64,000 nucleotides of DNA, taken from NCBI GenBank assembly GCA_036172245.1, contig JAYWIR010000014.1, positions 806,001 to 870,000 on the forward strand, read 5' to 3'. Below, piece after piece: positions 12,700-24,400 of the stretch. Every line of letters begins with the position of its first letter. Position 1 is the stretch's first letter. The translations under genes were made by a program, and so were the position numbers. The stretch is from Raillietiella orientalis. Its lineage: Eukaryota. Under the pieces are notes generated by a model, which saw only the letters and a program-made list of their open reading frames with translations, was not told the DNA's origin and did no database searches.

Positions 12700-14200
12700 C
12701 GTTCTAATTCTTTATTCTTTTCTTGCCGTTACAAGTGACAGTGAAGGCACACATTGCAACATTTTGTCGCTTCACTTCTGTTGGTATTCCCATTTATTTA
12801 ATTTCTGGACTATTTCCTCATCGCAGCCTCATTTTAACACGATGAATTGTTGAGCTTGAATTTCATCATTGCTGCTAATTTGCTTGACTTCTCTTTCCAA
12901 GGAAAATCCAATGATTCTTCCACTGCTTCCAAAATTTGCAATGCGACATCCTGTTAGCATTTATCAGCAGTTTAGTATGCAGCCATGCACTTGGTTATCT
13001 CCTGCGAACAGTAACACTCTTGGGCAACCTGGCACAGATTTGAAACAAGAACGATAAATTGTCTTATAGCCAAAACCAAAAGATAAGTGCAGGGAAGTTC
13101 TCTTCGATGCCTCCATTTCGACTCTGCTGAAATTCCGCACTTGCTGGCCTACACAAAATGCAGGTGAAATTTTTTGCATTGTAGGGCGTCTCAAAGAATT
13201 TTCGGCCGCAGTTTCACGCAATGAGTGATCGGAGACTGCCAAGTAATGTATGTGTCCGTTATATGTAAATTCAGCCTACAAATAAGCCTTCTTTTGCTTC
13301 AACCACGTTTGGTGTTCAGACCAAATGAGAGAGTTCAATCATTCTTGTAGTTTTATTGTAACTGTTGCTACATGCTCAGCAGAAAATGAGTTTTTCGGGT
13401 AGACGAAAAGCAGAGAATCTGTGCCAAGTTTGCAGAAGTTATGCTGAGTAGACTGACATACTGTATTATTGAAATATTACAGATTCTCATATGAGCAGGC
13501 TGACAGTCGTGCGCGCGCACAGATTGATACCAAGCATTAATAACTAATTACAGAGAAAAAGCACCATAGGATATTGATATTTCCTTGTATCTACGTTTAG
13601 AACAAGGAGAGATCTTATGAATTCAGCTTTCTTGCATTAAGTATTCGAGATAAACCTCTGTGACGATGATAATTTTTGCAATGCTCTTGATGCTCTTTCA
13701 TCACACATTCCAGCACCACAGAACATCACTGATCATTCCATGTCGGAGATGGTGGTTTGCTCGTTTTGAGCTTTGATTCCCTGAAGCTAAATTGTATCCT
13801 GTTAAGCTGAGATATAAAATCTTTCGACAACATCACTCCAGCAACACAAAGCTCAGCACTTGTGAATGTGGCTAAATTACCTTTCTGTACTTAAAATTAT
13901 ATGCATCAAACTTTGCAACTCTCATCCTTGAAGCTGTAACCAAGAAACAGAGAACCAAAGAAGACCGAAAAATTACAGTTAGTTGCATTAGCTTTCCATG
14001 CTTCCCACATTATTTCCTCTGCTGAAAAACGAGTGTGTTCATTGTTTTGTTTCACATTATTCTATTTTCTCCGTAATAATGTTCAAACAGCAAATGCTTG
14101 TTCTGGATGAGCAAATCTCAATTAGTCTCAAATCAGGGAAGCTCGCTATCCGCGTATGGATTGCAGTCCTCTCCAGCTATCTCGTGCATCAATTTTTAAT
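12700..14200 (-). mobile_element. Possible decayed Mutator-like transposase
   Basis: Minus-strand fragments LNSLIWS..and VVE..(~13300-13350) and GSME (~14000) resemble arthropod Mutator-like transposase motifs (TQNxNESxNxxIW; GSSGxME). Confidence 0.3.
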
Positions 14201-17200
14201 CGATCTTGGGGGTGCGAATCTTACAGCTTAAGACGATTATTCTTTAAAATATTTTGAAGTCCAGAGTTATAAATAATACATATTGGATTCACTTAAGTGA
14301 AAACAGTGTCAATGTTTGTGACATAAAATGTATCGAGATGTGAGAATAATGAGCATTGCAACCAAAAATAGCATGAAATGTGAAGTGTAAAGGATACAGA
14401 TAAAATATTAGGAATTAGAAGACAAAGAGTTTGGAGTATATTTTTGTATCTTGAGGAGATCAAAGGAATAATAGGAATGACGTAGCCATCACTTAAGGCT
14501 ACAGAATCAAAAAGAGACAAGCCAGTGATCTATTAGTTTATATAAAGAAAACGGCAAACGGCACGTATGAGGTTTCAAATCAGCGATCATAACTAAAAAC
14601 ACTACGCATTCATACCTTTGTATTGATAGTAATGTTTATAATTACAAAAGGAGCATTTGTAGTACATGCCAGTCTATCAGAGAGAACTTTCTCTTAGTCA
14701 GAATCGATTCGCAGACAAAACTTCCCAACAACTTTGCAGATCATGTTGTTTGCCAGTTGATTTTTATTTTTAATGGATAATTGCTTGAATATAGTCGCCC
14801 TTTCTCAGATTGCTATCAGTTTATAGACCCATTTTTTCGTTTTTATAGCAATAGAATAATCATTGGCAACGTCCACCTTTATGGTACCCTATGATTACCA
14901 TGTAATCACCATCTATCCGTGATGTGCGCTTCCTGGTTTCACCCGGATTTTCAAATCTGTGAAAATCAACAGCAGAAATTTCTTCCCGCTAGACAAATCC
15001 AGAAGCTCTCACACAACCGTTTGCCCTCGGAATTTTCTGATTTGTAATTCTCCCAACCAGAATTCGAGATTCTACTGAATCACGAATTTTGAGTCATTTG
15101 AGCTCGTGAAACGTATCCAATCTTCCATTGGATTGCTTTACACTCTGCCAACTCCACTGAGCTTCGAGTTCCATTTATGCACCCGTCCTATGAACTGGAC
15201 TCTGGCAACTCCTTCATTGTCTGTTGCCTTGGATCCCTCAGTCCGCCGGGATAAAGCTTTCCCTTCTCGGCACAAAGACCTTTGCACAACCAGATCACCT
15301 GTTAAAAGAGCAGGTGAATCATTCAGCACAGCAACAGCCACCCTCGTTAAAGGCTCGAGTCAAGTTCCGATTCGATGCACTCCCTGTATTTCAAAAATGA
15401 AGGAAACAAAAGCTGATGGGAACTGCAAAAGTTCACATATTTGATGACATGTTCAAAACATAAAAATGTCTGTCAAGTGTCCAGTGCACGATTCTCTTAT
15501 ATAAAATCTCAAGAGAGATGATGCTATACCGATGAATTCGTGAAGAGTGGACTCGTCCAATTTACTCTTCGAAAATTCGATGGCATTATTTTTAGCATCA
15601 GTGGTGGATTATAAGTTAGTTATTGGTGGATCGAACTGCATTAATTATAAAAAACCGAAAGACACATCGATCTGTTCCATCGAGAATTATCATTTTTTAA
15701 CGTTTCTTTCAGGAACTCAGGAATATCTTCGTAGCAGTATATGGGGCGTTGTGAGGAGTCTTGTTACTTTCCCTTAGAATATTTACACGTTTTAGAATAT
15801 CGTCTGGTTTGCGTAAATTCTATTAAGTGGGATGAGTACACTGACATCAAATGGCTAGCTTAAATGATATCGGTTGGTAGATAGGTATCATTAAGTCTTC
15901 ATGAAAGCACATCGAGACTCACTAACACATAATCACGTATTTAAACACGGGACATTTTTCAGTCCATTCTTAGCAGTTTTCAGAGTACATTCTGGAAGGA
16001 AATCGTTTTAGTATGTGAGCTGGGACAAACATTTAGTGACTTAAGAAAGCTTATTATGCGGCTGCGATTGTGAAAATAGTCACGGTAGGCAATTTGTGGA
16101 ACTAGCAGTCAAAATGTTTCGGCATGTTTCGTGGATGTCTGGCAATGCGCTCTGTCGTTTTACGAACAAATGTAACCATTTCGTGTTTTTCGTGCCTTTG
16201 GATATTCATGAGGTCTTTTTCGACGATACACTAAAGAACCAGCAAAATACCATCTCTAGCTAGTCAAAAACATGTGCGCGTTCATGTACTTTCGGATGAT
16301 TTTGATGTTAATGGATAGCAACCAAGATCTGAGCCATTCTTCACAAACACGCTGATAGTCGCAGAAAAACCAGCACTAAGGAAGATCACTCTCACTGTCA
16401 AGAATTATGGCGCCGGCTTCTCTGTTGCAGTGCCGTTTCTTTCTTGAAAGGTTTTTGAAGCTTTGCATGAAATCACGTGAATCTGTTGCATAAGAATGGC
16501 CAACTACATGAAGTCCACTCGAAAACTCCTGCTTGTCAAGGTCTTAGGTACAGCCATTATTCCAAAAATTAATTACATAGAATTTCCCACCACCCCTTCT
16601 CATTTTGGTTTTGTGTTACATCACTTCGCTGTCATCGGTTTCCTCATCAAGACCTGAGTCGATCGTCCACTATTGCTGAAGAGAAAGAAAAGCAAATTCC
16701 GTACAGTATGGATCGAGGAATTGGAAGCTGAGAAAGAAAACAAGCTGATGTCACTAGCCGCAGCAGTGAACACAACGTAAATGAATGCAGAGCATCTGAT
16801 TTTCCCTCAAGATGAGCAAGAACTTAGCCGTTGAGCATCCTTTGTCCAGAAAGTCACCGCCGTAGCAATCTCGAGTCAAGTTCCAACAAAATCTGACGGC
16901 AACAACCACTCTCCGAAGCAAATTTCCAATAGTTTGTCTAAGAAATGCACTGGAACGTTCTCCATCGATTACCTCACTTTCACAACCATGGGTTCTCGCA
17001 GCATTTTTGTTTTTTTTTCTCTCTCGGCCACTTACTGCCCACTGTCCGCAGTACGGTAAAAAGAGAAAATACCAGTTCTGCGTGGGGTTTCACTGTTTAC
17101 TTTCGAGAGAACGATAAGAACTGCACAGCCAGCTCAGGAAGACAACGCATTTGTGTGAGCAGCTTTCCGAAGTACCTCTTTCAATATTGCAATCCTTTCT

Positions 17201-17659
17201 GAAAGATTTGGTGTCAGATCAATTTCGGGTCTCATTTTATTGTAGATGAATCCTCTATGAAACAGTCATAAATCTTAACTTTGAATGGATCTTCTGCACT
17301 TATGGAAGATTCCTTTTCAAGCTGATCGATTACTGAATGATCCGTTACTGTAATTGAATTTCGAGATTATTTTTTGTGCTGATTCCCTGCTGATTTGGAG
17401 CTGGGGTTTGTCATTTTGTCATTTCCCTTTCCCGATGGCAAGAAGGGAAACAATGACAATTTTCAGCATTTTCGAGCTCTGCCAAATCCGTACCAGACGT
17501 TCTCTCCCTTACCTCAGAGAATCTTCTAAAAAGTAAAAAGTGATGCCCGATGATTATACATTTCAATCCGATATCCATCGATCAAACGTCGTGTTAACAC
17601 AAAGAAATAACATGGATGTGACGCATCTGACCAGCGTCTTGCCAACGGAGTAAGTGTTA

Positions 17660-17800
17660 GCGTCGGCGGGCGTGTGTGGCTGTGGGTCTCCGCACGTGGT
17701 AGCAAGTATTGCGGGTTCGAATACCCATGAAGGATCGATACCAAGAAATGGATGGGCCATGGATTTCCAGTCCCCCTGCAGGATGACGCTGGTTGGTCCG
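17660..17800 (+). mobile_element. tRNA-derived SINE-like element, copy 1
   Basis: B-box-like GGTTCGAATAC at 17714-17724; aligns by eye with 31909-32040 (tccgcRcgtgg...gcgRgttcgaatac...ctgca..ctg.ttgg). Confidence 0.5.
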
Positions 17801-17939
17801 TAGGCTGATTGCTGCACTGATTGACACCAGGTCACGCCGGGGCGTTTATTTCTAAACCTACATGTCTGTGGCAGGACGTTTGATCCTGTCGCGTTACTTA
17901 TGAATACGAAAAGGAGCCTGCCGGGATCTGGCACTCAGG

Positions 17940-18550
17940 CCAGCAGGGTGCACCTCGGTAGCACGAGGATAGGGAAGACAAACAAAAAAGAAAAACAAAC
18001 CAAAAAAACTGCAGTCAAAAAGGATGAAGGGAAGGGGGGTGTTCGGAAAGGAATCACTGTGTGTTGGAGGGCGCCTGCTGCATCCTTGTAAGGATACCGG
18101 CAAGTTCCTGTTTTATGGTTCCCAGATGAGGCCATCTTGACATTGTCCTCATGTAGAGTACAGCAAAATGGATGGCGTCCCTGTCGTTCTGGCCTCTGGC
18201 GTTGCTCCATGCGTAGGCAGCACAGTGCTGCTAGGGATGCGGCCGGCGAGAGGGCATCGCTCCGGAAGAGACGCTTTAAAAAGTTTCTGGCGTTGCCTCC
18301 AGGGGTTTCAAGGGCCGTGGTCAAGTGTCCCCAAAGGGGCCAGATGGCACAGTCTACTAGGAGGTGTGGGAAGAACTCCTGCTCCCCGCACCGTGCACAG
18401 TTTGGGTTCACACACCCCTGTGTTCACAGATGCCGGCGGGCGTTGCACAGGAGGCCCCAATGCAGTATCATCAACGCCGACTCCTGCCGCTTTACAGGGA
18501 GGGTGTGGCACTGGTGAAAACCGGAAACCAGATGCCCCGTTGATTGACTG
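17940..18550 (-). mobile_element. 3' end of a non-LTR retrotransposon (L1/Tx1-like) ORF2 with CCHC finger
   Basis: LPVKRQESALMILHWGLLCNARRHL*..NPNCARCGEQEFFPHLLVDC matches the zf-RVT pattern C-x2-C-x8-H-x4-C; in-frame stop; T-rich 3' region. Confidence 0.7.
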
Positions 18551-18554
18551 GTAT

Positions 18555-18970
18555 CGGAGTCTGCAGAAATCAAGGAGCCAGTTCTCTTCGGAGTTCCCCT
18601 CCGGTTGTGAAAATGCGGTCGTCCCCTCCTCCCCCTTCCCCACCTTCCATCGCATACCATGGAGCTGGTTGATACCTTTTCGGGGTCGATACCTCCGGGA
18701 TGTAAGAAGCGCTCTGCTCCCTTCGGGGAGCGACTTTCAGAGAAATCGGGAAGCATCCCTTCGACGTTCTCTTCAGAGGAGTAAACAAGGACAAGTTCCC
18801 TTGCGGGTTCCCACTGGGAAAGAAATTCCAGGAGCGGATTCTTTCCAAGTTTCCTTCGGAGAAGAAATGGGGAGCGGGCTCCCTTCGCGGTTCCCCTAGC
18901 AAAGCTTAAGAGGAAGTGGAAGCGTAAGTTTTTTGTCTGGAGCCTTCCTGGATTCATAGGGTGGTCCCTC
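18555..18970 (+). repeat. Dispersed ~410-bp element with internal ~41-bp tandem units, copy A
   Basis: Shares gaatcaaggag-like/ggttgtgaa start, tcccttcg-initiated units and the ccttcctggattYatagggtggtcc end with the reverse complement of 51915-52325. Confidence 0.75.
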
Positions 18971-20827
18971 TTTAGTTACTCCTTTAAATTAGAGAGTTGA
19001 ACGCACCCTCGGATGACGTGGACAATGCTAAAAAACTTCGTGAGCCTCCCACTAAGGAGGCGAATGATCAGGTTAGGTTAGGTTCAAGTACTGAGCAAAA
19101 AGTGTTAACGGGCAGCCGATTCCGTCAATCGGCACTGATGGTCCACTTTGAAGAACTGCTTGATCTGAGCTGGCTGCTAGATAAGAGAAATCCACAGCCA
19201 GCTTTGTGATCTACAGGGAAGGAGCAGACTCAGATGAAGTATCTTAATTGCTCGATGTAGACTACAGTCTCCCATATAGGATGTTTCTTGCTGCATCTCA
19301 ACAGACGCTGATCCAAGCATAAACATACTTATCGCGGTTGCAACATGTGTTTGTGATTATTGCTGATGATTTTGAACCTTTCAGGAAATTGCATCTTGAA
19401 TCTGCGTACAGATTTATGTTTTAAATCGTTGTATTTTATGTGCTGAAATCTCTAAGAGGCGAGACTCTTTCTCAATACAGGAGGACAAGAGCGAGATGAA
19501 CCGGAAAAACCATGCTTATCAGGTTTTCTTGAATGAGGAACGCGTAAGAAGGCAGTTCGAGATTGGAGTCATCAGCGTGATATCCTGCCGCAAGAATTCG
19601 AAGGAAGCTACACTTTGCAACATGAAGCATCTTCTCGAAGGTTCAAGTCAACAGTCATCGTCTCGTTTCCTGCTTTGTTTCGCTATTGCATTCCTATCAC
19701 TGGCTCCATCAAACAAATCCCCCATCCTGAGGTTTTCTGAAGGACACTGGAATGCTCCAGCTCATCCGTTAACGTATCCTGAGATCTCAAGTTCCACATC
19801 CCAAAGGAAACAATTTCATCCGGAATCACGAAGTAGTAATGTTCTGGTCATTGAGACGTCTTGCCGACTTTGAGTGCGCTGCCAAGCATTTGTTCTACAC
19901 AACGACCTTGCTGGAATGTCTTGACGAATCTTTAGCGGTCTGTCCCATCGTTTTCAACATACGCCTCGTCTGGGAGAGGTGCAGAACTGGTGTGCGTTCC
20001 TCGTTTGCTGCTCTGACGAACAAGCCCTGATAGAACCGCTTTGTTGGCGCAGGAAAGCATTCCTGTCATCCAGCCGAATACCCCGGGCTCCGAGAAGGTT
20101 GACCCCTGAGAAGAAGCGAGTGTCTGAGCGAAGGTCGACCGCGTGCCGTCACAGGATTTTCTCTTCACTTTCATTGAACTCGAGTATTCGCGGAACGGCC
20201 ACGACCAGGATATCACCGAGCGCAGCACGTGAAAGAGACGGAGCGACCAAACACGGGATCGAAACGTTTTCTGGGTTTATTTTTTCGCAATGCAGGCGCG
20301 AAAGGTTCGTGGCGGAATGTCCAAAAGGTGTGACGAAGACCAAGGAACAAGAAAAAGGGACCGGTTGCATTTATTTGCTCCCCTTTCTTCCCCCATTCGG
20401 GGTCGAGGAGCGAGGAGTGTCGCAAAAGGGAGAAGTCTGCTTGGAACAGTCACGTCTGGCAGCGTGAGCGTAGTGAGGATGTGCAGCAGTTCCTATCCGT
20501 GTTAAGGGTATCGTTTAAGGCGGTGCATCCATCTCTTTGAGTGGGTTAAGGGGGTCCGTGTCTTCTGTCGCAGAATTGACTCCGAAACCAACGACTGACC
20601 CCAACAGCTTCCAAGGGAAACGAACTGTCCAAAGAAGAAAGTGTTTAGGTTGGTTGCGCTGTGGTCAGCTCACTCCAGGGAGATCGGCCCCGCTGCGAAA
20701 AGCGGTAATGCGGGCGTTCTCATCTCGTGTTGTTTCTGGTGCGTGGGACTTCTCCACCTCTCCTCGCGTTTTCGACGAAATGCTTTGGGGAGTTTCTATA
20801 TGTCTGCGTTCTGCTCATGCGTATTTG

Positions 20828-21471
20828 CTATAGCAAAGTGCAGGCATGGCTCCGTATCTTTCCAGGAGACACGGCTGCGCAGCAGATATCCGTCCTTAGA
20901 GAAGAATTCTTCAAACTGAAGTGGTCGCTGACGAAACTCCCGTTGGCCATCGATTTTTTGAAAGTTCCTCTGAGCACGGTCTGGGTCTCTTTGTCTTTGA
21001 ACTCGAACATGGATCTGGACTGCACCATCAGTGGGGAAGGGGTGGACAGGTTTAGCCTCGGGTCGTCCCTTCTGCTGTCGGTCGTATCCGTGGACTGCCG
21101 ACGAAATTTCAAGTTAAGTTCGCTGCGACTCTTGCTGTCGGTGGGGACTGACAACCTCTGCTTCGGCGAAGACGCTGAAAGAGAAGCAGGCGGGTGGAAC
21201 CGACGCCTCGTGAGTGGCGGGCGGCAAGGGCGAAGATGCAGATCAAAGGGGTGCCCACCTCTCGACTTGGTGTCCGCAGCATTCATCCGGTACGCTGAGG
21301 CGATGGAACTCCTCCTCTTTTCCACTTCCTCCACAGTGACGGGGGAGTAGATAGAGCGCCTAGAGACGGGTCTAGGGTTCTCCGAAGAATCAAGTTTCTC
21401 CTTGTACAGCTCCTGAGTGTTGAGATGTTTCCTGCCCTTTTTGTCCAGTAGCCAATAGGTTTTCATCTTCC
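20828..21471 (-). CDS. Gyc88E: sGC terminal coding exon: (G)[11 protein letters not shown]...~200-aa Ser/Arg-rich tail...SHACTLL*
   Basis: ctccag| acceptor in the correct phase; completes [11 protein letters not shown]; open to TAG at 20828-20830; ends in CaaX. Confidence 0.88.
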
Positions 21472-24400
21472 CTGGAGCAGAAGGGAAAGTGAATGTGAGG
21501 GACCAGGCGCTCGAGAAAGGTCACGCTCCGCTCTGAAGCCTGCCGGAGCAAGGAAGTGGATCCAAGAGCGCGGTCTGTTTGCTTGCCGCTGTTTCGAAGA
21601 AACGGGGACTCTCTTCAAGGTCGTAGCGCTTCACGAACGGCAAGAGGACAAATTGTAAAGGGTGGGAGTGGGTGAGGTGAAGGAGGAGCGTCTGACCGTG
21701 TCGAGATGACCTCTCTGGACTGGGAACATTTGCGGAACGCTGAAGCGAGCGCAAACGCAGAGCCACTCAAGTGGCACCTACAGGTCTTCGATCTTCGCTT
21801 CCCGAGAATGTGGTTCTCTCTCCGGGAGACCGGATCACAGGCGTTCCTTCAACCCCCTCTGGCTGCAGCCACGAACTCCGTTCCAGGTCGTAAAGGAACC
21901 GAATCATCGGAGCGGTCCGTTTGTCTCCCACAAGGCAGCTCTCATCTCCCTGACGCTAGAAATCCTGGATGCATGTCAGAAGCCAAAAAAAAAGACTCCT
22001 TCGATAGACCGTCATATCCCCTAATTAGTTCCCGGATGGGGAGATCTTGTTCCCTTCTTCTGCCGGGGTTCGTTCATCCCGTCCGGCATGGCGCCACATC
22101 GGAGAAGGATTCGTTCTGGAACTCCTAGTCTTGCGGTTCCCTGCAGCGCAATTCCTTCAGAATCTGTTCTCGGGGTCCCTGTTTCCCTCTTCTCCATGGA
22201 ACTCGTTTGTCTCCGGGAAACTCCTAAGGAGGAGCGATCTGAGCGTCTGGCTTCCTACAGATTGAAAGGCCTGCGGCCATCATCCGGAGATCTCATACTG
22301 TGGCGGAACGTCTGGCGAGGACAGCTATTGCTTTCGGGAAGCTTCCATCTTGATGCCTTAGTGGATCGCGCCTCCCTCACCAGAATCCGCTTCGAGGGCG
22401 CACAAGAACCGTAGACGAAATGTTGCGGAGGGTATCATTCTTAAACGCAAGACACTCTTGGGGAACTGCGGTTGCACTCGTCCGATCTTGTATGGAGTGC
22501 ACCTCCCACGTCCCTCTTTCTGCTCCGGTATCCGGAACAGCCCTGCACAGCATCCCACGTTTCCCAAGAACGCTTCTCTTCCCACCGCTAAGACTGGTTC
22601 AAAGCAGATCTTTTCTCACCATTCCTCGTGCAAGCAGGGCACGAAGGGAGGGGCCTGTTTCGAGTTTTGACGCGCAGCGTCATTCATCAAGGATGTCAGA
22701 GCAAAAGCCAGTCCTGATTGTAGGAGGAACACGACGCAGCAGGGACAGTCCTCATAGCAAAGAACCGGGATCAAAAAAAGGCTGCGCCCTGAGTTGGGCA
22801 GCATCGGGCTTTGTCTTCAAAGGTCAGCAGATTATAGATCTATCTATGCATAGCGACGAGGTCTTCTGCCTGTGTGGCCCACTAAGAGCAGCGCTGATCG
22901 CTTCCGCAGAGGTTGGCCGGATGACATCCTCAGCAGCTGAGTCAACAACAAAGCAATGATCACAGAGTATGACGAGCTGGTAGCACAGCTCAGGCTCTTT
23001 TGAGCTGTACTACCGTGAGGCATTGGGAACTGGCGACCTCCAGTCAGCCTATTTCGGGAATGCAGTAAGCCTGGTTCTACGAACACTCGGGACAGACCTC
23101 AGACGAAAAACATCAAAAGAAGGACGGAGAACGGGAACTCTAATTTGTCTATAAAAGGGTGTGCTTACGATCGGAGGATCGGTTGCCTGACATCTTGGGT
23201 CCGGAAAACGAGACAAGGGACCACGTATAATGGGAATTAAAGCCAGCAAGGAAAATAGTATGCTCTCTATTTTCGGAATCTACACCGGAAGCATTTGATG
23301 GGTTACTATCCAGGATGAAGGAAATCTCAAAAGTAACAGCTTCCTAATGAGAACGAGCGGAAGAGAGCAGACAAGTAAAGATGGTGGAAATTCCTTTTAC
23401 ATTCGCTTTCACTTCTTTTCTAAAGGTGAATTGAGCCGATAGAATGTGAACGTCAGGGTGCAACCACTCAGTGGATCGAAAAGCGTCAACCAGAAACTGC
23501 CGAGGAAGACACAGATGTCCTCAAGGATCACAACGCCACAGGGCCGACCTCGAGCATCACAAACATCACACTCTCACCGCATCAACAAGTCCTGATCAGG
23601 GAGATGGTAATAAGGTGGTTTTTGTGGCCTCTGTAGCTAGTTGATAACTCGAAGACTAATGCATGTGTTCTGCATTGCTTCCTGGAAACGGTGAGGTGTG
23701 GCTGCTTGTTTGCTTGCCGCCGCAGTACCGAGAAGCAAGCATAGATCATCTGTTCGATGATCCGTGGCAACGTCTGGTGGCGGAAAAGCGCCGAAATGTC
23801 TTAGGATGAAGACCAGGAGACAGAAATGAAATGGCATGCGTTTGCAATCGGGCCAACGAACGTCACTCGTGACTCTTGAATCGGATCTCACGAGGCAGCA
23901 TGTTGTCGATCGGCAGCAGGAACGGCACATGGGACACATGCTTCGGCGCTCTGCTCGCTCGCGGTCGGGAACGGAAAAGAACGCGATACTCGAGCAGCAG
24001 TAGCGAATATGCCAAAGGGACGAACCGGAAAAGGAGTAGCGAGGCTTTCTCGCAACTCTTCTGGATGGGAGGATGACATCCAGAAAACGGCTCAAGAAAG
24101 ACTTGTTCGGATCTGAGATTCATACTCGTGAGCGTGCTGCTGCTGGCAAAGCGACAGTTCTTCGCAAGAAAAATCCCAGTTCCTGTTTGAGGAAGCTAGG
24201 ATTCGGGAGAGTCGTTATGCGTCTTCCATCTTTCGGCTTCCCGGCTTCGGGTTTCTCCCAAAGAGGGGGCTTCACTTGAATGCGAAGTCGACTGCATCAA
24301 GAGATAAGCCAAGATCTGAGGGGGACTGCTTGCAAAAAAAAAGGCCCATGACATTGGTTCCTCCACTTTGCGGGGAAGATCCAATGAGGAAATCTTTTGT

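Noticed and set aside
20270..20380. Two AATAAA hexamers on the minus strand (~20276 and ~20370) as the sGC poly(A) signal
   Set aside because: Plausible, but neither can be chosen or confirmed without 3'-end data.
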